From positions 13,084,001-13,148,000 of the forward strand of contig NC_087438.1 in the NCBI RefSeq assembly GCF_036321535.1: a DNA stretch of 64,000 bases. Reading direction: 5' to 3'. How positions within the stretch are numbered: the first letter of the stretch is position 1; each line of letters opens with the position of its first letter. Positions 13,430-26,094 of this stretch are shown piece after piece. The position numbers were made by a program, and so were the translations under genes. Source of the stretch: Camelus dromedarius (lineage: Eukaryota). The notes under the pieces are model-generated. The model ran no database searches. It saw only the letters and a list, made by a program, of their open reading frames with translations, and was not told the DNA's origin.

Positions 13430-14460
13430 ATTCCATTTGTAATCTTTAAAGCAGGCAGAATTTAAGAACGTATTTTTGAAATTCCCAAGTATTTGGCCTT
13501 TTTGTTATTATTTTTCTAACTCCTGTATTTGATTCCTCAATTTATAATACTGTGGTTAGTGAACATGGCTTAAATGTATCATTTTGAGGAATATATTAAG
13601 ATTTTCTTTTTCACCAATGACATGTTCTCTTTGGCGATATTTCCCTTGTATTTGTTAATACACATGTAATGTTTTTTTAATGTGTTTATTATCTTCTTTG
13701 TAGTTTTGTACTTGATTTTTCTTTTCTGAGAGCTGTATTTAAAGACATTCACAATGCTTACTAGTCTGTCAGCTTCTAATTCTACTTTTGGTTCATTTCT
13801 GACTTTTATAGTTTGAGGTTATATTATGTTTCAGATGTACAGGTTTATGATTCTTACAGCTTCTTGATGGTTTTGTTTGTTTTGTTTTCCAGACTTGAGT
13901 TTTCCAAAAATTGGCTGAGTCTATAATTCTGGCTAAGATTTTTAAAAATACACTTTACCCTCCACTCTTTGTATGTATATTATGCTACAGTCTTCTTCCA
14001 GACAGCGTTGCTGATAAGAAGTCTGATGTCAGTCTGGGTCTTGTTTTGCTCTGGGAAGTTTTTTTTTCTTCCTTGGAAGCTCCTAGATTTTTTTGCCCTC
14101 TCTTATCACTTAGTCCTTCAGGATCTGGTATTTGTCCAGGTGCTGGCTGTTTTCTCTTTTATATCTGGCTTGGCCTTCAGTGGACTGTTTCAATCTAAGT
14201 ACCTAGATATTAGTTCCTCAGAATTCGTGGCTATGCTGCTTTTAAAAAAAATACCTCCGTCTCCCCATTTCTCTTCTCTAGTTCCGTACAGAGGCAGACG
14301 CTAGGACTTGCGAGTGTGATTTATGTAACTTGAGTTTTCTTTTTGCCTTTCCTCCTCTTTATCACTTTTGTATTGCATCCCAGGAAAACTAGTCAGCATG
14401 ATCTTTTACGTGATCATTGTTTTTATTCTTATCCACCCATTCAGACCACCCATTAAACTT
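13430..14460 (-). mobile_element. Very old L1M fragments
   Basis: T-rich sequence with the antisense L1 ORF1 motif 'gttgctgataagaagtctgatgtcagtctg'; heavily decayed. Confidence 0.55.
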
Positions 14461-16639
14461 TAAAAGGTTATGGGCAATGCATGTGTACATATAAATACTG
14501 ATATACAACATCTACAATGTTTTTAGTTGGCAGCCTTATCTTATTTCTTGAATGTGCCCTCCTCAATTACCTTTCTGAACATATTAATGATTCTTAAACT
14601 AGTGCCGTATTTTGTTTTCTACTGATTCTTTTTTTAGAGATATGGGATCTCCTCCTTCTTACCCTTGTTTGCCAATTTTGTCTTTGCCTAAATATCTGTT
14701 GGTTCGTGACCTTGCCCTTCTGTTGGCAGTGACATTGTCTCTGCCATCTTTGTGTACAGCCTGTGGCCATGTTTGGGAAACACTGTTATTTTTAACATCC
14801 TCACCTGAGGCGTGATAGTTTAAGAGCATACCAAGAATGAAATATGTTAGTCACTATTTTTCTGCATGCGAGTGCTCTTATTCCTCCCATGGGTCACCAC
14901 GCATCAGGGACAATGTCCTATCCTTCTGGGCTTCTTTTGCTTTTGTTGCAGGCAGAACCTTGTTCCTTCTCCCCAGACCAAGGGCAGAAGCCGTCCGTCA
15001 CGTTGCTGCCTGACCTTGGGGACTGTCTGGTTCTCTGCGTCCATCCATCTCCTCCACGAACCGAATACCTTTGTCGCTGTGCCCACTGTTAGTGGCTGCG
15101 CTCAGCTGTCAATTCTAAGCTGCTAGTTTCCTCTCCTGTATTACCTCCCACGTGCCAGATTCCACTTCCTGTTTGCCAGTTTGGCTCTCCACGAACATAT
15201 GCCTGTGTGGTTGCGCAGAGGTGTTTTCATGCTTTACTATTGTTGCTGCAGATTTTCTAGGAATGGAGAAATCTCACAATGTGTTCAGATCATCGTCTCC
15301 AAGCAAATATTATAGTTTGTTTTGAGTCGATCTGTATTCTTGTGTGCTGTTTTTTGTAGATCAAAAACAATTGAATGATAGCAACTTCATACAGTGCTAC
15401 CCAATAATTTACTAACCACACCCTGCTTGGAGCACAGCTTTTGCGTGTGGTTGGAGTGTCTTACCTCAGTCATTATGTAGCAAAAATGAGTCCTGCCATT
15501 GTGTATTACCCACTGTTTTATTTTCTGAAGTGGTCATTTGTTCCTTTTGCAGAATGAGTTCTCAAAAAAGTACAGCAATGAAACACAGTATCAATTCTTT
15601 CCAGGTATCTTTGAGGAGGTGTCTCAGTTGGATCTCCGCACTTGGGATACGGTTTTCTCCAAAATGAGAACAAATTGAGCAGGTGTGGTCTTACTGCCTG
15701 CGGCTAAGTGGGGTAACTGGCTGTGGCAGGTTATATGTGATTAGATCCACGATGTCTTTGGGAATACATCGGCTTCAGTTTACCAAGTTTCCTGGGGCTG
15801 CAAATGTGAGGGGCTCCTATTTTCCATGGGATGTTCTGTGATTGTACTAATTATGCACTAATGCAGGAAATAGTTCACTATCTCAACTTGTAAAAATTCT
15901 AGGTTGTCCCAACCAGAGATAATTCCTCTGTCACTTCCTATAAGGTTTGTTGTCTTGCAGGTACAAGGATCTTAGGCACTCTTGGTCTTCCTCCTGCAGC
16001 CTTGGGTTTCAGCCTTATCTGGCTTTCCATTCAATTTGGGGGAAACTTTCCCAGCACATCCTTCCCGGGAGAGTAACACCTCACACGTACCTGGCCCTCC
16101 CTCCCCACATCCAGGGAACCCGAGACAACAGTCTACATATTTTTCACTGGGTTTTCTAGTAACTTCTTTCCACTTCTCTGGGTCTCACTAAAGATGTGGG
16201 ACACTGGAGCCTGGGAAATCCAGGGAAATCTAGTAGTACCTATTGCTCCCTCAGCTCAGAAGATGCAGAGGCCCTGGCTTCAAGACTGGGCTCTTAAGCA
16301 ACTGCAAATGGTGCCGTCACATTATTTTGGGCAACTTGTAGCCTTGAAGAATAAATTTCTGATGACATTTGCTTGGAGTTATTGTCATCTTCCCCTTTTA
16401 TCTCAGTTGGCATCCATTGAATGATCTAATTAAAATCATTCCAGAAATAGAAAAAAATCATTATTTAACATAGCTTTTAATTTGGAATTTTTCATTTTCT
16501 CATAAAAGTCACTTATTTTTCAAGTAGAAAGTGATTTTTAGACCCAGAGCTCCAAGCTTACAGTTTCCATTGCCAGATTATATGGATTTTCTGATTATAA
16601 AACAACATGAACAACAGTACTGCTAACACAACTGTAGGG

Positions 16640-17870
16640 CAAATTCAGGAACCGTGAGAGCCTGAGGTTCATACAGTATTAAGTGTTTTCCTCAAGGAAA
16701 ATGATACAAAGTAAAACCAGAAAGTTAAACTAGAAATGAAAATATTTATGATGAGAAAAGAAATAAGGATTACAATTTGTCAAAAACAGACCAAAAAAAT
16801 CACTAAATCCAGATAATTATTTTAATATTTTTATTAATCAAAAAATTTTTAGTCAGCATTTTAATTTTTAAAATTTCAATATTTTTCAGACCTCTCCATA
16901 CTTTTCTCTCCTAATTCTTTGGCTCGAGACACCTTTATAAACTTATTATCTGGTAATTATCATGTATTATCATACTTGATCATAATTTATTTTTTATCAT
17001 TGCTAGTTTAGAAAGTTTTCTTTCACTTTCCCACCTTTTTATTGGAAACATCAGATATAATTTTAGGATTGACAATTCAAGAGAACATGTATTAGGTTTT
17101 TTTCACGTGTGAGCCGTTTTGATGTGGGTGGCAGGTTATGCAATTCCTTACAGGAATTCCAGTTCATCCTGTTGTGCAATATTCCCATCAGAAAAGATTG
17201 TTTTAAATGTCTAGCACATTCTGCTATGCACCTTATTTTGAAATATATTTCTAGGACAAGTGAGCTTCCATTTTGAGAGGTTTTGTTGAGAAATGAATCC
17301 ACCCCGTTTTTCCATTGCCGATAACAAGGAGCATTTTCTGCAGGCTGCATCGGACTCCCTCTGTTCCAAGTCTGGTTGCTCTCTCACTGCCCTCGCACAC
17401 CTGGGGGCTGCAGGGCATGTCTCACATCACACAGCATCCTCGGGGCTAGCACTGGCATGCCCCATGCGCAGTGAGTTGGCACAGGAATATTGGCTTGTCC
17501 GTGGCAGCCCTTACCCAGTGGAGCCAAGCGATAAATTCACTCTGCTCAGAACTGTGAACTCTGTAAATACTCTCCACTAAACCCAAACTAAGTGTACCCC
17601 TAAATCCGTCCCTCCTTTATTGCATTTCAGTTATACTTACGGTCATTCAGCAGTAGTGGACAGGAGAGGAAGGATGCAGAAAAGTAGGGGTTAAGTGTCA
17701 GGAAACGATAGACTTAGTCTAGTTTAAAAATTTACGAAATTACAAATATACAAAAAAAGTCATGGTCATATCATATCATCCCTGCTGGGGTCTCTCCTTG
17801 GGCCTTTAAAGGAGCCTGTACAGGTAAGGGGTCTGAAGCTTGCTGGGCTCGGTACCCTCATGGCAACACA
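16640..17870 (-). mobile_element. hAT-Tip100-type DNA transposon relic (Zaphod/Arthur-like)
   Basis: 'ctccactaaacccaaactaagtgtacccc' and the terminal 'ggagcctgtacaggtaaggggtctgaagctt' resemble the reverse complement of the element's 5' end as I recall it. Confidence 0.5.
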
Positions 17871-19169
17871 CTTGAGTTAAAGCAAGGTTACTTGGATTTA
17901 AATACTAAGATTTTACTTTTGCCTTTGTGTTGTGTCTCCTCATTCTTACCCTCATTTATTTTACTTATAGAAAGAGTGTTTCAGTAAGAGTTAATCACAC
18001 AGACTATAAAAATTCAGCCAAAGGGAATGTCGTCGGCTCTTTTTAAAGGCGGTGATTTATACGCCTCAAACAACTCTCTTCAGATTCTGGAATTCTTATA
18101 TTACACTGGCTGCCCCACAGCAAGGTAGGTAGGGATTTGTTACTATTGGCTGGAGCTCTGGCAGGTCTGGAAAGCTCCCTACTAAGGCTACGTCATTAAT
18201 AGATTGTAGAAGGTTTGAAAGAACACCCGAGGAATTTGGGAAAACTCCAGGGGTACCATTGCGCTGTCCTGAATTAAAGCACTGATGTGGCCTGTGTGAT
18301 CATTATTGTGATGAGGAGCAAAGACCATTCACTCTACTGATGACTGTGTGGTTATTACAAACGACCAGCATTATTCCAACTGTGGGATCCCTTTCAGTTC
18401 ATACAGTTAGACCGTATTTGACTACAATGATCATACAGATATAATTTAACAAAGCGTACTTCTACCCGTTCCAGACTTTTGAACAGTATTGTGGGTTTAC
18501 AAACAGCTTGATGTGACATGATTCCTGATGGCCTGTGGCAACGTGAAATGTTTGAAAAGAATGTGGAAAACGTGTATCTAATTTCAGAACTGAAGTTTAA
18601 GATCATGCTGGTATTGTAGTGGTGTTTTTTTTCCTTTTTTTTCCTGGATTGCATATGATCTTTGCAGATCCCTTAATCCTCTGGAATCTCTTACTCTCTT
18701 CTAATAGGATCTACATTTTTGCAAAAGCTGCCTATTCAAGGCTATCACCAAAGAATTATTTTTCTGCTTGTGACACAATGGGAATTGAATTATACCCCCG
18801 AATAATGAATATTCCACTTTGCTCAAAGCTCTCTTCTGTACTATGGAAAATTAGATTCGCTTTCTTAACTCTCAGAATCGTCTAACTAATGGAAGATACA
18901 TCATGGCACAAAGGAGGGCCTGCGTTCTCAATAGGTGTTTATGTTGTTTAAAAAAAATTCAGAGTAAAGAAAAGGAAGACAGAAAGAAAATGCATTTAAT
19001 AATATTCAACATTAGCCCTTTTTCTCTCATTTTCTCCACAATCTGTCTCTCTCTCACACACACACACACATACACACACATACACATACATGCAGTCACA
19101 TGTAATTCTGGATCAATAAAACAGTGCTCGCTAGCCGCACTATTGTTTATATTTACTGGAAGTAAAAGT

Positions 19170-20200
19170 CAATGTGAGGTGTCAAAAGAAAAATCACAAA
19201 CTAAAGAGTAGGAACAAAAAAAGAAGTCAAATTATTGACTGCATCTGATTTTATTTCATACCTTAAAACTCTTAAACAATCACTGCAGAAGGGCGGGGAC
19301 ATACCAGAACAACAAAATATCATTAGAACAAATAAGAAAAGCCAGCAAGACCAATGGATAAATATAAGTGGCAATTTTACTATTTCTGGAAATACCAAAC
19401 TAAAAATATAATGGAATCAATATTTCTATTTGTAACAAGGAGAGAAATACAATAAATGAAAATAAGTCTAACAAGATATGGGCAAAACCAATATGAAGCC
19501 TGAAATAGATCTGAATAGTTAATGAAACAAATAGAAGAGAACTTGGTTTTAGATATGGAAATTGAGGATTGTGTTATCAGTTCTCCTCAGTTAATCTCTA
19601 TCTTCCGTGTGACTCTCAAGTTCATTTGCAAACATTAAATACTAAATCATCACACTATCATGAGGAAGAGATGTAAAATGTGAGATTAGTAGTAGAAAAT
19701 ATTAAACAAGAAATTATTACGATTAAAACTGTTTGCTACTAAAAACTAAATAGACACACAGCTTAATGGTCATATGGAAACTAGCAAGAAATCAGCATAG
19801 GAGATTTAATCTGAAATGTCTTATCAGTGGGGAAATATAGTTTACTTTTCTACCTGCTTCTTAATTCTAAGTAAACATTTTAAAATGAATTCATAGACAC
19901 TTGAAGAAAAAAAATAGATGAGTAGGTGTGTGAAAATCTTTCTTTAGCATAATCATGTCTAGAAGCCCCACAAATACACACGCGTGTGGGCAGTTCAGTG
20001 ACTTGGACGACCTCGACACTTGTGTATAGCAAAAAAGACTACAGGCAAAGTTAACGCGTGTTGGAACAAAGCTGTGATTTCTACAGTTTATCAATAATGA
20101 GAGCAATTATTCTCATCCCTGTGTGTACTTTAGAAATAAAAATAACTTCAAAGTAAAAAATACATGCAGAAATTATTTGTAAGACAGGTAATAAATGCAC
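19170..20200 (+). mobile_element. Old L1M ORF2 fragments
   Basis: A-rich sequence with 'aagaagtcaaattattgactgcatctgattttatttcataccttaaaac' and 'gaaataagtctaacaagatatgggcaaaacc'. Confidence 0.5.
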
Positions 20201-23200
20201 CCAAAAAATTTTCTGAGATTCAAGTTGATTAGCTCTAGCGTCTCCTCAGGGAAAATAGCAGTCTGATGTTAAATTCAAATTCTATTCAGTGCACCTTGGG
20301 AGGTTCCCTCTGCCAACAGGGAAAAAGATTTATTTTCCAAAAAGTCTCACACATCACATCTACTTGCATAATGCTCCCTTCTCATCAAGAACGGTTTCTC
20401 TGCAGTCCTACATCTCCAGCGCTATTCTTTTTCTCTGTCTCTTCAGGTGTTTCAAAGCATTGAAAAAAATGACAAAAAAAAGGTGGCTGTCAGTTTTTAG
20501 AGAATGAAAAATAGTACTTATTCCTGTACAAGGCGTATGCTTAGCTCAAACGCTATTAGAGGGCAAAAAATCATATAATTTCAAAAGTCAACAGAGCAAT
20601 ATGGGCAATGCTGCGGGGTTTTGTCACTAAACCCTTAGTATCATGGTGGTGTCTTCATGGTGGTCAGTACATTCTCTTCTCAGGAAAAGGGACGCTCATA
20701 ATAGTTGAAGACATTCTGACATTTTTCCAAAAACTTCAGAGTTTTTTCTGAATTCTTTGGCCAGGTTATCTCACTACTACCTCTTTAACTGAGTTTCAGT
20801 TTTGGCAAAAACTCTTTTAACTTTCCTAGTGAAAGTCCAGTTACTCCCTCCACAAGACCCTTAGCTCAATCATAGGTAGACACGAGTGTGTCTCTGTTTA
20901 GTGGCGGTGATATTTCCATCCCTGCAGCACTTTTCACAGAGAAGTGAGCCCACCTGTGAGCTGTCATTGACACTCCTAATCCTTCTTTCCTTCCTGTTGG
21001 GCACCATACAGTTCCCACACATTTGGGGCAAGACAGATCGAGGCATAGTTGATCTAGAAGAGATCTAGAAGAGCCAAAAATGTGTCAAAGTGATCAGGAA
21101 GATGGAACACCACCTTGCAGATGTCCCCTGAGAATTGGAGGGGACCTATCACGGTTTCAACAGTTTATTGAGAAGTCTGGGAAACGATTCTTCTTTCTGG
21201 CGGGACATTAAAAACACTGGTAAGACAATTCACACATTGACTCTCAGCCTCCACTCAAGACTTAAATGAATCAAAGTCTTCAGTACCATGGCTCATATGT
21301 GGCCACTTCATTCATTCCAGGTGATACTAATATGTAGTCATGGCTGAGGACCAGGAAATTACATAATCGTTTCATAGCTTATTTCTCAATTAAGAAGATT
21401 ATTTCTGAAGAATATAAACTAGTCTTGCTCCATATTTTCCATATCAACCTTTTCTGCCATCATTCTCTCCTTCTTCTTGATAAACACATTATCATGAGCA
21501 TCGCCACGGCCACGTCTGAATCCCCGGGGGCGAAGGGCATGAAGGCATTAGAGGAAGGCTCCGTTCCCCTTTTCGGCAGTTCTAGGGGGTGACACGTTTG
21601 TAGGCATGTTGGTCTGAAGCCCCCATTTCACACACCACACCCTCAAAGTGCATCACTTCATTTCACTTACGTGGGTGGCATTGAGCCCTTAAATGGTCCC
21701 CCTTACCTCTCAGCAAGGTCCCTTTAAGACTAAGTGTGTGGTTAGCAAAGCTGCTGACACTACCTCTAGGGGAGGAAACTCTGGCCTTTGTGGTCTTTGT
21801 CCCTTATTTAGTTTCAGTTTCAAAAGAGTTTACCTCTGAGCATCCATTTACTAAATTTAATATGGATTATTTACTTTGACCCTGGATTTTCTTATAAAAA
21901 TCTATGTCTTTATGAAGGTGTATCTCCAAATTTGTACCTTAAATATCAGCTGAAAGTTCTTGTGTCTGCCAGGTGTACCCTGGTTAAATCCAGTCTTAAT
22001 TTGATCAGGTTGGTGGTTTTTTTTTTTTTGGAGAAGTGTTTTTCCTAACTAATAAAATACTTCTTATTGCTTATATTGAAGGAAGGGAAGCTCCATTGAC
22101 CTGAGGTGAAACTTTAAATTAATCTTGACACTCAGAGATGCCTTTTTTTTTTTCTTCTGTTTTTCATCTGCAGCCAGGAGTTATTGCAATATATTACTTC
22201 TCAAAAGTGATAATACATTGGATGGATGGAATGTTAACCCAAATTAAGGTAAAGCAATATTTTCTTAATAAAACAGAAATGGGGCAATTTCTTAATAGTT
22301 TAAAATACTCTGGGGCTCACAAAGGGGCAATTTACAGGATAGAATGGAAATTGCCTTAAAATAGGTTCTACTTTTCCCATTGAAATATGTATCACTGTTA
22401 CGAGTATATTTCTTACGTTGCTTATTCCTTCTCTGAATGATGATAGTAGATTTTTCCCCTTTATCATCTCTTTAGAAGAACTCTGACAGAAAAACAAGTT
22501 CAACCTACTGCTGTAACCCTGAGATTCCTAAAAAAGGAGTATTGGAGTAAGTACAAGGGAATTGCAGAGATGACGCACATTTTACAGAAACTTTTGAATT
22601 ACATCTATCCATATTTCCTCTCATTTTATGATGTCTTAAAGGCTGGGCGTTTGGACTAGAGGTTTATTTTTGTGTCTTGTTATAACACACGGCATAGTTT
22701 AAGGATGAAGGACATACTGTTTTCTGTTTATAGTAGACATTTATTTCTAAGGATTATATTAGGGAAAATAGTGAAGTAACAGCTACAATAAAGAATTTTA
22801 TAATTGTACTGAATTAGCATTGATCTCTACCACCTTGGAAAGGTTGGAAGCTTTGAAGCATTTTTCATCCAAAAAAGAAAAAGGAGGCATGGGGTGAAAT
22901 TGGGAATTATTTGAATAATTATTTTGATTCAAACGGTAACATCACCAACCAACCCACCGAGAAATACTTATCTGCAAATCACATGTGTTATTGTCGTTTG
23001 AATAAAATGGTAATTAAATTTTTGGGGGAAAAATAGAATGTGCATATTATATGTTATGGCTTTATTATTCAATTTTAAAGCTATTTTATTTTTTTGGCCT
23101 CTTCCTAAAGCATTGTAGATTAATACTTAATTAGAATTTCATCTATGAAGTATTCAATCTTATGTTTAATATGATCAGTGTCAGTTAACATAAGAAATTC

Positions 23201-23429
23201 TAACTCTTTCCTTCTTATATCTTCAAGAAGAGATTATGTTTTTGAGTCCATGTTGTCAATAAAGCATGTAACCATATAAATTTAAAGTAATATCTAAAGT
23301 TATGTTAAGATACATTTATAATGCTGGCTACTCGGATACTATTTGAAACAGTAAGCGGGTATCATAATCTGTAGGACAAAGTGCAACATTTGGTTTGCAA
23401 ACATGGTCTACGCTCTTGAAAGGACATTT

Positions 23430-23625
23430 AAGTGTTTAACCAGAGAAGGCGCACAGGCCTGTTGAAGCCTGGCGTCCTCACTGTCCAATCCCCATGACCT
23501 TGGATGTATTTAGCTTTTCCACCTTATTTGTAATACAAGAATGACAATACCTGCTTCATAAGGCTGTGCTGAGGATTTAATTAGATAATGCCTAGAAATT
23601 CTCAGAGCGCTGTAAAGATCACAGC
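23430..23625 (+). mobile_element. MIR SINE
   Basis: MIR core and tail: 'catgaccttggatgtatttagc...tgtaatacaagaatgacaatacctgcttcataaggctgtgctgaggatttaattagataatg'. Confidence 0.75.
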
Positions 23626-23714
23626 GGGTTCTTACCCAGTCTTATCATCTCAATTTGGTTATTCAGTAAAACATTCCAATATTGGATAATTTGGAAAGCT
23701 AAAGATATGTAGAC

Positions 23715-23791
23715 ATATATATGAAATATACCTATATATATATATATATACATGAAATATATAGGTATGTATATCTATACATATATATATA
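23715..23791. repeat. (TA)n-rich low-complexity tract
   Basis: Seen directly. Confidence 0.85.
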
Positions 23792-24352
23792 TTTCATTCT
23801 CTTTGTTAGTAGCCTTTCTTACTGAGCGTGTGACATTGTATTCTTTCGGCTGTGGAGACAGAGATGGAAAAATCAGAACAAATGTGCACCTGTGCTCTTT
23901 TCTTCTAAATAGGCAATTTGCAATGTATCCATCCTTTCTGCCTGCGGTTTAATGACTCCCATGATAAAGCACAAACAAAAGCAACCCCCTCAAGAAGCCC
24001 CACTAAATTACCATATGACCCAGCAAACAAATGAGACAGAGAGAGAAACCCCAGGGCTTTGGGGGGAAAATATTAGCTAAATCCTTTGCACAGAGCAAAT
24101 GCTCAACAATCCTTTCGAGGCATCAAGTAAGTAAAAGAGTGGAGGTTATGATTTCCATTTTTTTCTTTATACATATACAAAACTTTGTAAAGTTTTGTTC
24201 AACTGAAAATTCACTAGAATGGAAAGGGATACTTGGCTCTAAAGAACCTTGAATAGCAAGATTCATAGAAAGCTCTCGGTTTACCATAGTTCCACTACAA
24301 CAGGATTCGGGTACACCTGAGAGTTAATTATAGTGAGTCCCTCGGAAGCGTG

Positions 24353-24355
<3 letters not shown>

Positions 24356-24413
<58 letters not shown>
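24356..24413. repeat. Compound (CA)n(TA)n(GATA)n microsatellite
   Basis: Seen directly. Confidence 0.95.
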
Positions 24414-24467
24414 GCAATATTAGCCACTGCTCACTTGAATTATGGAAGCAGTCAAAGAATCAGCCAG

Positions 24468-24714
24468 GGGAAATATGGGGTAGAGAGGGATAAATCGGGA
24501 GTGTGGGATTTGTAGATACATACTACTATATATAAAATAGATAACAAGGTCCTACTGTACAGCACTGGGTACTATATTTGATAGCTTGTAATGGCCTATA
24601 ATGAAAAGGAATACACACACACACACACACAAAGATGAATCACTATGTTGTACACCAGAAATTTAACGTAACATTGTAAATTGACTGTACTTCAATAATT
24701 AAAAAAAAAAAAAA
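24468..24714 (+). mobile_element. 5'-truncated young cetartiodactyl L1 3' end with poly(A)
   Basis: 'aacaaggtcctactgtacagcactggg...gaatcactatgttgtacaccagaaa...tacttcaat' plus an A14 tail; near-TSD aagaatcagccag / aaaaatcaaccag. Confidence 0.9.
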
Positions 24715-26075
24715 TCAACCAGAAAATGACATTCCACCTGTGTCAGCTTCCAGAACTTGGTGTTGGAGTGGCCACTGTTCCTGGCGTCAGTGAGGGATCT
24801 GAGATATTTGGTGTAAAGAACTCAGGCCCTTCTGTCATATGGGTGTGACCCCCGGACTTGGAGTTTGTATTCAGGGACAGCAAGACCCACGCCCCCCTCA
24901 GTGTCCAGTCATTTCTCCTGGAATAAATAGCGCTATCCTTCTCTCAGTAATTGGAGCCTAAGCAAGGCTACCATGATTTTCTACATCCTCCCATCAGTGG
25001 TCGCTAGAATACTCCCAACAGAAAACTCTGCTTCAAAGGAGATGGCCTTTAGTGTCTTACAGGTGAGTAAGCAATGAAATAATTTCCACCTGTAGCTGGA
25101 CATTCAGGGAGCCTGCAGTGAGCTTTAATAAGCTCTGTCTTTCTTTATCAGTGGAGACTCCCAGAGCCAGTGTGCAGTGTGTTGTTCACTTTTCTTCTCT
25201 GATACGTGTCCCATTATTTCCATGAACAGTTCACTGCCCACCTATTATGTTAACACTCGTAAGCTTGCTCTATGGACATGGACACACACACACACACACA
25301 CACTCACGCACAGATGAAACAGAACAGCTTCATGCACATGGGTATAAAGCTCTGAGAATTTGTGCCTCGGAAATTTATGCAAATATCTTGAAATCTGTGC
25401 CAATAGACAAACTTGTTTCTAAAGAAACAATTTCTGTTGAACTCTTGACTAATGAACAGTGCTAATTTTGTAGCTGTCAATACATATCATTTTGTTGATG
25501 ACAAAAATAGAAAGCAAAATTAGTGTGTCTCTTTTATAATACTGGTTGCATAAATGTTAAAATTAGGCAATTTTTTCAATGTTATGACATGTGTGTCAGA
25601 AGATGGGACAATTTATTGGTATTCTGCTGACATTTCCCACTACTGCTACCAAAGAATACCCCTGGAATACTAACTATTATTTGAATGAATATGATGAATT
25701 TTGTATTTCAATATATAAAAATATATTATGAATGCTTTTCAATGGTGGTGTTAAAATTCCAAGATTGAAGGGTACGGGATGGTGTGGCTGCAAAATCATT
25801 TTTAAAAGCTGACCTAAATTTGCATAGTTAGAGTAAACGGATCCTTCAGAGAACAAAGAGACCAAGGATTCTGTTATGCCTGACACTGAATGGAATGAAA
25901 AGATTCATTTGAGGGAGAATCTCATTCTTGAATAACATGTCCACAGTTTTGTCCCAGCAATCTAAGCTCTTGCTTATGCTTTGTTTGGTAGAACATACAA
26001 ACGTAAGCACATTGTGGTCATTTGGGTTTAAAGCAGTCTATCACTTCACAAATAAGAAATAGAAATTCAGAACAT

Positions 26076-26094
26076 GGTCGCCCCCTGGTGTGCA
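26076..26094 (-). promoter_or_regulatory. CTCF-binding motif
   Basis: Minus strand tgcaCACCAGGGGGCGAcc is near-consensus, with a retained CpG in an AT-rich context. Confidence 0.7.

Noticed and set aside
18308..18345. C-box/D-box-like words (TGATGA...CTGA)
   Set aside because: Spacing is too short and there is no terminal stem for a C/D snoRNA.
20424..20447. Strong plus-strand splice acceptor
   Set aside because: No good downstream donor and no meaningful frame; isolated pyrimidine tracts are common.
21760..21778. Weak plus-strand CTCF-like words (also ~21580 and ~42770)
   Set aside because: They miss key core positions (the GGC end or CC start).
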